Assembly (NCBI GenBank): GCA_963796285.1
Contig: CAWCKW010000012.1
Location: forward strand, 1,344,001-1,408,000
Direction: 5' to 3'
DNA length: 64,000 bases
Source of the DNA: Nitrospirota bacterium
GTDB lineage: Bacteria > Nitrospirota > UBA9217
Below, in pieces: positions 52,545 through 61,664 of the stretch; the first letter of the stretch is position 1, and each line of letters opens with the position of its first letter. The notes beneath the pieces were generated by a model. The model was given only the letters and a program-made list of their open reading frames with translations, searched no databases and was not told the origin of the DNA. The position numbers were made by a program, and so were the translations under genes.

Positions 52545-53384
52545 ATGACGACAAAAAATATCTATCTGCCGATCAAAACATCCATAGCGAATGTCAAAGA
52601 GGTCGCGAAGGACGTGAAGCTGTTCTCCCTCGGCGTCCCCGATGACTTTACGTATCAGGCCGGCCAGTTCGTCATGGTATCGGTCATGGGCGCAGGCGAG
52701 ATACCGATTTCGATCACCTCCACGCCGGGGAAGAGCGCGTACCTCGAACTCTGCATACGCGCAGTCGGCCACGTTTCCGCTGCGCTGAATTCGCACAAAT
52801 CAGGCGACAGCATATGGGTCCGCGGCCCGTATGGCAAGCCCTTCCCGGTCAACGGCCGCCAGGACACCCTGTTCATCTGCGGCGGCATCGGCATTGTTCC
52901 CCTCCGCCCGCTCATCAACCTGATGTTGAACGACCGGAAGGCGACGGGCAGCAACAGGACCGTGACGGTCCTGTACGGTTCACGCACGCCTGCCGAGGTG
53001 CTGTTCATGGACGAGGTTGCTGCCTGGCAGGAACAGGGCGCGAACATCGTCATGACCGTGGACACCTGCAATATCGATAGTTGGAAGGGGTGTACCGGCC
53101 TGGTCACGGACCACTTCGGCCAGACCAAGGTCGAGTTCAAGGACAGCACGGCCTACATCTGCGGGCCCCATGTCATGATCCAGGCCGCGATGCGCGATCT
53201 TTCGCTCATGGGCATGCCTGACGACCATATCATCACGACGCTCGAAGCCCATATGAAGTGCGGAGTGGGAAAATGCGGTCACTGCTTTTGCGGGGGAAAG
53301 CTTATCTGCGAGGAAGGTCCCGTCTTTTCGTTCGAGGAGATCAAAAAGTACAACATCAAACCGGGGAGGGACAGCCTCGAATAA
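52545..53384 (+). CDS. FAD/NAD(P)-binding 2Fe-2S protein, AsrB / sulfhydrogenase-gamma family
   Basis: GQFVM, GEIPIS, RGPYG, GGIGIVP, CGP, EAHMKCGVGKCGHC...CEEGPVF. Confidence 0.88.
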   Translation: MTTKNIYLPIKTSIANVKEVAKDVKLFSLGVPDDFTYQAGQFVMVSVMGAGEIPISITSTPGKSAYLELCIRAVGHVSAALNSHKSGDSIWVRGPYGKPFPVNGRQDTLFICGGIGIVPLRPLINLMLNDRKATGSNRTVTVLYGSRTPAEVLFMDEVAAWQEQGANIVMTVDTCNIDSWKGCTGLVTDHFGQTKVEFKDSTAYICGPHVMIQAAMRDLSLMGMPDDHIITTLEAHMKCGVGKCGHCFCGGKLICEEGPVFSFEEIKKYNIKPGRDSLE

Positions 53385-53407
53385 AGGCTGCCTCTCTCCG
53401 GCCAAGC

Positions 53408-53710
53408 CTATTCGTCCGAGTAGTTCGGGTTCGCCGGTTTACCGTTCTTTGCAAGATAGTCGTTGCTGAAGGCCGGGATCACGCCTGCCGCACCATTCTG
53501 GGGATGGATCATGAACCGGTAGGATACGAGCTGTCCCACGCTCTCCATCATATGGTTCCAGCCCTTTTTGAACAGCATGCATTCGTTATTGTAGCAAACC
53601 CAGAGATAGGGCGAATCCCAGTCCAGGTAGCGTGAGTCCATCTGCTCCATTTCCGCTTTGCAGTGCGGACAGGTCGGGGCCTCAGTAACCTTCCACTCTT
53701 TTGTATCCAT
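53408..53710 (-). CDS. Small zinc-ribbon protein
   Basis: CPHC ... VCYNNEC; SD GAAGGAGG. Confidence 0.75.
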   Translation of the reverse strand: MDTKEWKVTEAPTCPHCKAEMEQMDSRYLDWDSPYLWVCYNNECMLFKKGWNHMMESVGQLVSYRFMIHPQNGAAGVIPAFSNDYLAKNGKPANPNYSDE

Positions 53711-53781
53711 CAGAGGAACCTCCTTCAAACATAATTTATACTATACGACCCCGGCCCTCTGATTGCAATAGAGAATCCAGC

Positions 53782-54354
53782 TCAATAATTCTCTTCCCAG
53801 AGCTCAAAAAAGTTCCTGGGGTGCAGACACGTGGGACACTTCTCAGGCGGTTCCATACCTTCGTGATGATAGCCGCAGTTCCTGCAGATCCAGGTCGAGC
53901 TTGTGTCCTTTTTAAAAACCTTCCCCTTGTCTACATTTTCAAGCAGCTTCAGATACCGTTTTTCATGCTCTATTTCAACTTTTGAAATATACCGGAATGC
54001 TGCCGCCACATCGGGAAAGCCTTCCTGCTGGGCAACATCCGCGGCACCGGGATACAACTTCGTCCATTCCTCATGCTCCCCCGCCGCTGCGGCTTTCAGG
54101 TTCTCGGCCGTGGTGCCGATGCGGCCGGCTGGGAACGTCGCCGTGAATTCAGCCATCCCTCCTTCGAGGAACTTGAAGAACCGCTTGGCATGCTCCTTCT
54201 CGTTCTCAGCGGTCTCGAGAAAGATGGCGGCTATCTGCTCATACCCTTCCTTCTTCGCCGCGCTCGCAAAAAAAGTGTAGCGGTTCCTGGCCTGCGATTC
54301 TCCGGCAAAGGCCGCGAGCAGATTTTTTTCTGTTTTTGTCCCTTTGATCTTCAT
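53782..54354 (-). CDS. rbr: Rubrerythrin
   Basis: AFAGESQARNRY, EKEHA, EIEHE, WICRNCGY...CPTC. Confidence 0.95.
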   Translation of the reverse strand: MKIKGTKTEKNLLAAFAGESQARNRYTFFASAAKKEGYEQIAAIFLETAENEKEHAKRFFKFLEGGMAEFTATFPAGRIGTTAENLKAAAAGEHEEWTKLYPGAADVAQQEGFPDVAAAFRYISKVEIEHEKRYLKLLENVDKGKVFKKDTSSTWICRNCGYHHEGMEPPEKCPTCLHPRNFFELWEENY

Positions 54355-54490
54355 GACAACCTCCCGGGTAATGGTCTGCATAGAGTAATGATGACGCGGA
54401 TGAAAACAGCAGTTCACGCCGCAAGCCGTATTCCAGAATGAGATATCTGATCTTTCCGGCTATTCCTGTATGTCGCTGTGGCAAGAAGGC

Positions 54491-54964
54491 TTAGACGTTC
54501 TCAAACGTGTAATCGACCTTCATTTTCATGTCTTTTCTGAGCGTGTGATAGACGGAGCAATACTTTTCGTGTGAAAGGGAGATGGCACGTTCCAGCTTCT
54601 TGTCCGTGAGGCCGGTCCCGGTAACGGAAATGATCATCTCCATGGAGGTATAGTACTGGGGCGGCGTGGGGTTCCGCTCGCCCACAATTTCCATCTTGTA
54701 CGACTTGATCTCGACCTTCATCTTCTTAAGGAACGACACCATGTCGATCCCCATGCATCCGGCCACGCTCAGGAGGAGCGTTTCGGTCGGCGAGCAGCCC
54801 CATTGCTGCTGGGCGTCGTACTCCACCTCGTATCCCCGGTTCGTCCTGCCAACAAAGATCAGGTCCTTGTCCCAGGTGAGGGTCGCCTTGTTCACCTGCG
54901 AGACCTTGGTTTTGTACGCGTCGAGCGATTCTTCCAGTTCCTTTATTTCCTTTGATTCGGACAC
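54491..54964 (-). CDS. OsmC family protein
   Basis: SPTETLLLSVAGCMGIDMV ... LSHEKYCSV; GTG start after AAGGAG. Confidence 0.85.
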   Translation of the reverse strand: MSESKEIKELEESLDAYKTKVSQVNKATLTWDKDLIFVGRTNRGYEVEYDAQQQWGCSPTETLLLSVAGCMGIDMVSFLKKMKVEIKSYKMEIVGERNPTPPQYYTSMEMIISVTGTGLTDKKLERAISLSHEKYCSVYHTLRKDMKMKVDYTFENV

Positions 54965-55029
54965 GTGACAACTCCTTCCTCGTATTTTATAGTCTGTGTG
55001 AACTGTTAAATGACCCTGAACCGAACCTT

Positions 55030-55330
55030 GCTCTTTCTTTCTCTTAAAAACTCCTGCCTCTTCTTTTCCCGGCTTCCACCTTGAGAACATAGTCTTGATC
55101 GCTCGACTACTCGCAGGACTACGAATAAGAATCATACGTTGCCCTGATTCCCGCGTCCCAGATAGAGTCACATAGATCCAACATGATAGGAATCGTCTAT
55201 ACCCCGTACCATGTCTCGCTGCGGAAGATCTCAACGTACTCGAGATCATCTTCCGTTCTCCGGCTGATCCGGTGAGCCCTGCTTCCAGATATCGCCATAC
55301 TCCCATCCTTCATCATCAACAGGATCATTT
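55030..55330 (-). pseudogene. Possible degraded or error-rich small gene
   Basis: Protein-like pieces (EDDLEYVEIFRSETW, DAGIRATYDSYS, YVLKVEAG) interrupted by stops and shifts. Confidence 0.25.
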
Positions 55331-55451
55331 TCAGTTTATGCCCATAGTGAATAGTAATTGAGAGACGCTATGCTGTCAAATAAAAAATCCTGACGTTCCT
55401 TCAGGGACGAGAGGGTTGACAGAAGGCCGGACTTTGAGTAGTATCCAGTTC

Positions 55452-55655
55452 ATGATCGAAACCATCAGCTTCCTTCTCGGACTGGGCTTCAGCCTTCTTG
55501 TCTATATCCTTTCCATCAGGCCACTCGACCACCCATGGCCAAAAAAAATGGGCTATTTCTTTTTTACGCTCATCGGGATAACCGGCACTATTTTCCTGGC
55601 CGGGGTCCTGATAGCCCACTTCCTCAGAAAAATGGGGGTCGTTTCATCAAATTAA
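55452..55655 (+). CDS. Small two-TM membrane protein
   Basis: Two hydrophobic helices; TTGACA-N17-TAGTAT promoter ends 7 nt before the ATG. Confidence 0.65.
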   Translation: MIETISFLLGLGFSLLVYILSIRPLDHPWPKKMGYFFFTLIGITGTIFLAGVLIAHFLRKMGVVSSN

Positions 55656-55762
55656 AGAATTCGGGAGAGATACCGATATTGACCGTGGATCTCGGCTGGT
55701 AACATCTCAGGCGACCGGATCTATAACAGGCGTGCTCATCAGTTGAGCACGCCTTTTTCTTT

Positions 55763-56149
55763 TCAGTGCTCTATCTCTGATAGCGCATCGCGCGCGACCT
55801 CCCGAACGCCGGGATGGACGTCATGCAGGCACACCCGCAGTGCATTGATAGCCGCAGGGTCCTTAATAATCCCGAGTACGGAAGCGGCATCTCCCCTCAT
55901 CGTCGGGTTCTCATGCCTCAGAAGCTCGATGATCCCCGGGACCGCTTCCTTGAGCTCCTCACGGTGTTCAGCGACAAGCTCCTCCACCAGCGCAGTAGCA
56001 CCGAGCCTCACCCGAAGGTTGTCATCGCCCAGCATATCGGCAATGAACCGGTACAACGAGCGGTCCTGCTTGAACAGTGCAATGATATTTTCGAGAAAAC
56101 CGTTGCCCATATATTCGATGAGCATTGCCTTCATTTCGTGGTCTAGCAT
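55763..56149 (-). CDS. HEAT-repeat protein
   Basis: DDNLRVR, HENPTMRGDAA, DVHPGVREVA. Confidence 0.8.
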   Translation of the reverse strand: MLDHEMKAMLIEYMGNGFLENIIALFKQDRSLYRFIADMLGDDNLRVRLGATALVEELVAEHREELKEAVPGIIELLRHENPTMRGDAASVLGIIKDPAAINALRVCLHDVHPGVREVARDALSEIEH

Positions 56150-56382
56150 TGGTATCGATTGGGTGTGCTTGATAATGCCTCATCAGGCACTCTGAGATAA
56201 ATTGACGTTATCACGACTCCTACTCCGCCTGTCAAATCACGAAAAACCGCCGATCAGGGTCATTTAGATGCGCTTCCCGACCTTTGGTATTTTTTCCCCG
56301 AACGTATTCATACTTGTCAGGTATCCAGAAGTAACCTCTATGAACCCTTCTCATTATAACAATCATGCCCGACCGTCTGCCG

Positions 56383-57477
56383 CTATGATGAATCCTTCAT
56401 CTCATGGCACGAGCATGTCCTGTTCCTTCCGCTTTCTTTTGCGGCATAGAGCGCCTTGTCGGCTTGCACGAGAACATCGGTGCCGGATCTGGCGTCATTG
56501 GGATAGGTGCAGATGCCTCCGCTGATCGTGATCCTGAGCGGGCCCTCGGCGATTCCGTTAAACTCCGTTTCCTCGATCTTCTTCCTGATGCGCTCGGCCA
56601 TTTCATGCTCCGCGCCCTTGCTGTCCGGCATCAGGACCACAAATTCCTCGCCGCCGTAGCGCGCCACCGTGTCCATCCCGCGCGCATTCATCGTGAGGAT
56701 CCCGGCAACAGCCTTCAACAGGACGTTCCCCTTCTCATGGCCGTAGGTGTCATTCACCTGTTTGAAGCGGTCGAGATCGAAAATGATCACGGAAAAATGC
56801 GAGTTGGTCCGGTCGGCCCGGAACTGTTCGTGTTTGAGCCTGTCCATAAAGAAGGCATAATTGTAGAGCCCGGTGAGATTGTCCATGATCGAGGCCATGC
56901 GAAAGTCCTCCATGACCTTCATCGTGAAGCGCTCGCCCTGGGAGTAGATCGTCCCGTACAGCGAAGCCGCAACCAATGAACCTACACCCAGAAGCAGCCG
57001 GTTGACGGGACCAGAGTCGGAGAAACAACCCATGTCCCGATTCACGAGATAAGCGTAGAATGCCGCCATGGGGACCAGGAGCAGGAGGGAGTATTTGAAC
57101 CCGAAACGGATACCTGTTGCAAAAAGGGTCAGATACCAGATAAAGAGGAAAGGACTGGTCACACCTCCGGTGTAGGACATGCCGATGGCGACGGCGATCA
57201 TGTCGAGATAGAGAAAAACCAGTATCAGCTTGATGGAAAAAAAATTCGTATTCCTGAGATACAGATCGATCCCGAGATTATACAGAGCGGCGAGCACAAG
57301 AAGCGAGTTGAACAGCCCGAGAGGCCAGTCCGTGAGACGCAGCACGTTCAGATACGGGAACAGGAATGCGATCACGAACCACCGGGACTTCGTGATCCAG
57401 CGCTCAGTGTTCAGGTAGTTCTGCGCTCTCACATATTTGATCCACGCAGTGTCCTTTTGTTCGGTCGTACTCTCCAT
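56383..57477 (-). CDS. Membrane-anchored diguanylate cyclase
   Basis: Multiple TM helices; DNLTGLYN, DLDRFKQVNDTYGH, RGMD I-site, GGEEF. Confidence 0.92.
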   Translation of the reverse strand: MESTTEQKDTAWIKYVRAQNYLNTERWITKSRWFVIAFLFPYLNVLRLTDWPLGLFNSLLVLAALYNLGIDLYLRNTNFFSIKLILVFLYLDMIAVAIGMSYTGGVTSPFLFIWYLTLFATGIRFGFKYSLLLLVPMAAFYAYLVNRDMGCFSDSGPVNRLLLGVGSLVAASLYGTIYSQGERFTMKVMEDFRMASIMDNLTGLYNYAFFMDRLKHEQFRADRTNSHFSVIIFDLDRFKQVNDTYGHEKGNVLLKAVAGILTMNARGMDTVARYGGEEFVVLMPDSKGAEHEMAERIRKKIEETEFNGIAEGPLRITISGGICTYPNDARSGTDVLVQADKALYAAKESGRNRTCSCHEMKDSS

Positions 57478-57729
57478 ATAGCCTCCCAGTCCTGAAGCGG
57501 AACCGAAAAGCACAGTAACAGCGACCGGCAAATGCGCCAACCCTTCGAAGAAAAACCCCCGTTTTTAGGCTCGCCAACGCGCTTGCGGGCTCATAAAGTA
57601 TCAGCAATCGCCACTCTTATGTTAATCCTTCTCTCTACTAATATGATAGTATTATTTCTGATCAGTAATATGAAAGGAAAACAATATGGGAAAGGGTGGG
57701 GCGCAACCTTTGGCGACATTGGTTCTTAC

Positions 57730-57885
57730 GGTGAGTCGCGGCACAGGCGCGATTGACCATGCCTCGTGTACGGTCTTTGCGCCTGCCTCTCTGACGCGGC
57801 CCATGACCCAGTTGCGCAATCGATCCTGAAAGAACAGCAATCCGACGGCGAGCAGGATCAGGTACGGCACGAGTGCGTCGCGAGC
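57730..57885 (-). pseudogene. Internal fragment resembling a TauE/SafE (TSUP) transporter
   Basis: ALVPYLILLAVGLLFFQDRLRNWV... with no start or SD; frame degenerates after ~45 codons. Confidence 0.45.
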
Positions 57886-57887
57886 TG

Positions 57888-58214
57888 TTAAAAGTTCGAA
57901 ACCACATGCCTGTAGTCAATGAACTCCACAGGCGCCAGACACTCCGGATATAGTATCGACGCGAACTTCTTGACCGCCTGAGATTCCGAGTGGATCCGGT
58001 CCGCATCCGCATCACGGAAAACGAAAATATGGACGAATCGCGTGCGGTCCTTCTCCTCCTGCCAGACCTCGTACCGAAGAGTTCCCGGCTCGTTAGCGCG
58101 AACGTATGCGACAAATTCGTGAATCGCTGCAAGACATCGCTCCACGGCCTCGGGGCGAACTTGATACCGCGCAAGTTGCCGAATTTCCCGCTTTGCAACC
58201 TCAGATTTGTCCAT
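57888..58214 (-). CDS. Antibiotic biosynthesis monooxygenase (ABM) family protein
   Basis: ANEPGTLRYEVW...FVHIFVFRDADADRIHSES; SD AGAGGGAG. Confidence 0.8.
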   Translation of the reverse strand: MDKSEVAKREIRQLARYQVRPEAVERCLAAIHEFVAYVRANEPGTLRYEVWQEEKDRTRFVHIFVFRDADADRIHSESQAVKKFASILYPECLAPVEFIDYRHVVSNF

Positions 58215-58263
58215 CTTCTCCCTCCCTCTTTTCGCGAGCTGCACGCGTTCGGGTCCAAGTTCA

Positions 58264-58321
58264 GCCTAACGATAAACATCAGGGACCGCTGTTTGGCCTT
58301 CGCTGGAGCGCCTGGTTAGAC
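58264..58321 (-). mobile_element. attC-like integron cassette recombination site
   Basis: Minus strand GTCTAAC-CAGGC-GCTCCAG...CTGATG-TTTATC-GTTAGGC, 58 nt; the R'' box contains the upstream stop codon. Confidence 0.65.
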
Positions 58322-58672
58322 GGTTCCTTTCCTGATTGTCTGTTGTTGTTGTTTTGTCATGGTATCAGCATGGCCTTGTATTCCGATTGCCTTGATTTGC
58401 CTGATGCAAGCGATGCGATCGGAACGAAGCACAAATCCGACGATCTTGGAAATGAAATTATTGTATTTTCGGCATTGCTGTGGATCAGCCATATCTTTGC
58501 AATCAGCGCAAGAAGAATAACCACGCTCCATGCAACAAGCCCGGACCTTGCACCACGAAGCCTTCTGATTGTCATGACACCCGGAACAACGTCCTTTCAG
58601 GTAAGAACCGCAAGCACCACAGTAAAGGCCACAATATGCCACCATGGCTATGTTCGAAGTAATAGTCTTCAT
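58316..58672 (-). CDS. DUF3795 Cys-rich protein
   Basis: AYCGLYCGAC...CSGC...CKVRACC...CADC. Confidence 0.85.
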   Translation of the reverse strand: MKTITSNIAMVAYCGLYCGACGSYLKGRCSGCHDNQKASWCKVRACCMERGYSSCADCKDMADPQQCRKYNNFISKIVGFVLRSDRIACIRQIKAIGIQGHADTMTKQQQQTIRKGTV

Positions 58673-58962
58673 CGTTTCCGCTATCCTATGCCCGATAGAT
58701 CTTAGGGAAGTTGATTCCTAAGTTGCGTTATGATATCGTCCTTTATTCCAAGCCAGGGCTATCGCTCTCGTTATGCACCGTAGGAAACGTCTTCACACCC
58801 CCTAGGCATGCCATTTAATCTCCGCCGTGGACAGCGCCAATCATCTAAACTTCTCCTCGCTTGTATCGCTTGTCTAGTCTGGTGTTCATTCTCTACGATA
58901 AATAGCGAAAACCTTACTACCAATAGTGCCTAATGAGACATACCGTTTCTCATCAATTTATT

Positions 58963-59367
58963 TCAGGTGACTTCTTGACCCGGTTCGGCCACGACCTGCT
59001 TGCGAATCTCGTCGCGTAGATAATCCAGCAACTCCTGAGGATTCAGACCTCGCCGTTGAGTCTCGATCCTGACCCAATCTAACAGCATCAGTCGCCGGGG
59101 AACCGGCATGCCCGTGGTGTCTAGGGCTAAGGTGGAGCCGCATGGACAGTTAGCCAGCGCCACGGAACCAATTGGCTGCAAGGTGTTCCAATGGCCCAAT
59201 TCTGAATCGTAGGACATGGGCGGGCCAAGACGTTTGGTGATAAGTATATATTCCCGGAGCGTGGTATAACAACGATTACAACTGGGGCAGACCTTGGGGA
59301 AAAGCCCTTCAAAGTGTCCGCGCAAAATATTGATAACTTCAGCTTCAGTCATCGTGGGGGAAGTCAT
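58963..59367 (-). CDS. Hypothetical protein with CxxC/CxC metal-binding motifs
   Basis: FPKVCPSC ... ANCPCGSTL. Confidence 0.65.
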   Translation of the reverse strand: MTSPTMTEAEVINILRGHFEGLFPKVCPSCNRCYTTLREYILITKRLGPPMSYDSELGHWNTLQPIGSVALANCPCGSTLALDTTGMPVPRRLMLLDWVRIETQRRGLNPQELLDYLRDEIRKQVVAEPGQEVT

Positions 59368-59483
59368 CGCTTCACCAGTGATTATCTAAACAGGATCCCA
59401 TTTATTTATTTTTTTGAATAATTTTGTAAAAATCGATTTATGTCACATCTGCTATCGATAAACGGAAACCGCCGTATCTACCT

Positions 59484-60110
59484 TCATCGTTCAGAGGTCA
59501 AAATGCTCTTCACCCGCTTCAGCCGGTAGAAGGACTCGCGCTCCCGTTCGCCGATATACTGGGTAATTGTCCGGACCTGCTGCTTGAGGCCGGGCAGGAC
59601 CATCTCCTCAAGCACCTTGACCCTTCTGGTCGTGCGCATGATCTCATCGCCCAGCCGCTTGAGTTTGCTCTCGTACTGGGCTATGTGCAGCATTGACTCA
59701 AGCAGCTTTTCAAAGAGCGCGGTCCCCTCTTCAAGGTGGGGGGTTGTAGCGAATTCGTCGTATCCGCGCTTGTCAGGGTCCCTGAGAGGGACATCGTGGA
59801 AAAGAATATCTTTATACCGCAGGCCCCATATGCTTTTTTCTATCACGTCTACACCGAAATCCCGCTCCGTCGCAATAACGATCGACTCAATGTTCTCCCT
59901 GCCCTCATGCCCAAGCGACAGGGCAAGTTCGCGGAGCGCCTTGCCGTAGGACTCTCTGATGTCTTCCCGGGACCGGAGGAACGGCAGCGTCGCTGCAAGG
60001 AACTCCTTGATCAGCGCCTGCTTCCGCGCCTTCAGGATGCCGATACTGTTCACGACGGAACGGGACTTTTCTTTTAACAGCAGCAGATTCGTGCGGGTAG
60101 GATGTATCAT
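59484..60110 (-). CDS. atpD: V/A-type ATP synthase subunit D
   Basis: HPTRTNLL...LKARKQAL...TTRRVKVLE...ERERESFYRLK. Confidence 0.92.
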   Translation of the reverse strand: MIHPTRTNLLLLKEKSRSVVNSIGILKARKQALIKEFLAATLPFLRSREDIRESYGKALRELALSLGHEGRENIESIVIATERDFGVDVIEKSIWGLRYKDILFHDVPLRDPDKRGYDEFATTPHLEEGTALFEKLLESMLHIAQYESKLKRLGDEIMRTTRRVKVLEEMVLPGLKQQVRTITQYIGERERESFYRLKRVKSILTSER

Positions 60111-60124
60111 CTTCTACTCCTGCT

Positions 60125-60188
60125 CTCAAGTCTCAATCCATGTTTCAAGTCTCATGTGGCCTGAAACTTGAAACTTGGAACTTGAAAC
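60125..60188. repeat. Heptamer-arm hairpin (TGAAACT family)
   Basis: CTCAAGTCTCAA...TTTCAAGTCTCA ... TGAAACTTGAAACTTGGAACTTGAAA. Confidence 0.75.
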
Positions 60189-60200
60189 CGATCTGTACTT

Positions 60201-61526
60201 CTACACCTCCAGCGAAAACTTCCTCATCAGCGCGAGTCCGGCATCAAGGGTTTCCGCCACCGTTCGCCTTGTTCTGCCCTGACCCACGAACTCTTTTTCA
60301 AACGTGTCGGCGAAGTCCAGCATCAGGATATCCGCTTTGGTCATTCCGTCACGGCCAACAATGGCTTCAAGTCTGCGCAGGTCCCGTCCTTTTGCGTAGT
60401 ATTTATAGAGATGGTTCGAGACTTGCCGATGATCGGCCCGTGTCCGGCCTTCGCCGATGCCTTTCTGCATGAGCCGCGACAGGCTCGGCAGAACATCCAC
60501 GGGCGGGAAGATCCCCTTCTGGTGCAGCTCGCGGGAGAGCACGATCTGGCCTTCGGTGATATACCCCGTCAGGTCCGGGATGGGATGGGTGATGTCGTCC
60601 TCGGGCATGGTCACGACCGGCAGCATGGTCACCGATCCCTCGCGGCCGTAGATCCGTCCCGCGCGCTCGTACAGCGACGCCAGGTCCGAGTACATGTAGC
60701 CGGGATACCCGCGCCTGCCCGGAAGTTCCTCCCGAGCGGTCGAGATCTCACGCAGGGCATCGCAGTAGTTCGTCATGTCGGTGATGATCACGAGGATGTC
60801 CATGCCCTTTTCAAAGGCGAGGTACTCCGCCACGGTCAGCGCGAACCGCGGCGCCAGCAGCCGCTCCATCACCGGCTCGTCAGCCATGTTCACGAAGGCA
60901 ACGAATCCCGTCCGCATCTCCTCAAGCGTCTTCAGGTAGAAGGAATATTCGTGAAAGGTGAGGCCCAGGGCGGCAAAAACCACAATGAACTTTTTTGAAC
61001 TGTCGGCCAGGCGCGCGTTCCTCAGGATGGACGCGACAACCTCTTTGGACGGCAGTCCTGCGCAAGAGAAGACAGGAAGCTTCTGACCGCGCACGAGCGT
61101 ATTCAAACCGTCTATGGTGGAGAAGCCGGTCTCAATGAAATCCTGCGGCCGGGCCCGGGCAGCGGGATTGATCGGCGCACCGGTGATCGGCATGCGTTTC
61201 TCCGGGTTGAACATCGGCGCGCCATCCTTGGGCTCACACGATCCGTTGAAGATCCTTCCCACGATGTCCGGAGAGAGCGGAACTTTCTTGACCGCGTCGA
61301 CAAAAGAAACCGTTGTGTGCGCTATATCCAGGCCCTGCGTAGCGCCGTACACTTCGATCAACGCCGTATCACCGTCGATCTCAAGAACCTCGGCCTCCAG
61401 ATGCCTGTTGTCGGGAGTATGAATAGTGACCATTTCACCGATCCTGGCGCTCTGGACGTTCTGCACGAACAAGAGCGGGCCGGCTATGGTGGAAATGGTG
61501 CGGTATATGTGCTCGGAAAGACGCAT
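60201..61526 (-). CDS. atpB: V/A-type ATP synthase subunit B
   Basis: INPAAR, TLVRGQKLP, TDMTNYCDALRE, PGRRGYPGYMY, HPIPDLTGYITEGQ. Confidence 0.95.
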   Translation of the reverse strand: MRLSEHIYRTISTIAGPLLFVQNVQSARIGEMVTIHTPDNRHLEAEVLEIDGDTALIEVYGATQGLDIAHTTVSFVDAVKKVPLSPDIVGRIFNGSCEPKDGAPMFNPEKRMPITGAPINPAARARPQDFIETGFSTIDGLNTLVRGQKLPVFSCAGLPSKEVVASILRNARLADSSKKFIVVFAALGLTFHEYSFYLKTLEEMRTGFVAFVNMADEPVMERLLAPRFALTVAEYLAFEKGMDILVIITDMTNYCDALREISTAREELPGRRGYPGYMYSDLASLYERAGRIYGREGSVTMLPVVTMPEDDITHPIPDLTGYITEGQIVLSRELHQKGIFPPVDVLPSLSRLMQKGIGEGRTRADHRQVSNHLYKYYAKGRDLRRLEAIVGRDGMTKADILMLDFADTFEKEFVGQGRTRRTVAETLDAGLALMRKFSLEV

Positions 61527-61555
61527 ATTCGAAGACTCCGTAAAAGGAATGGCCT

Positions 61556-61625
61556 ACCGCGGAGGCGCGGAGAAATACAAATTTAAATAATCACGATTTT
61601 CTCTGCGCCTCTGCGTCTCTGCGGT
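61556..61625. repeat. CGCAGAG/CGCGGAG hairpin
   Basis: ACCGCGGAGGCGCGGAGA ... CTCTGCGCCTCTGCGTCTCTGCGGT. Confidence 0.8.
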
Positions 61626-61664
61626 TACATTTGCTTTGTTGCACGTTCATTATTGGTAACATGA

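Noticed and set aside
57480-57620. c-di-GMP riboswitch upstream of the diguanylate cyclase
   Set aside because: No GEMM-type GCAAA / GNRA tetraloop-receptor pattern is recognisable.
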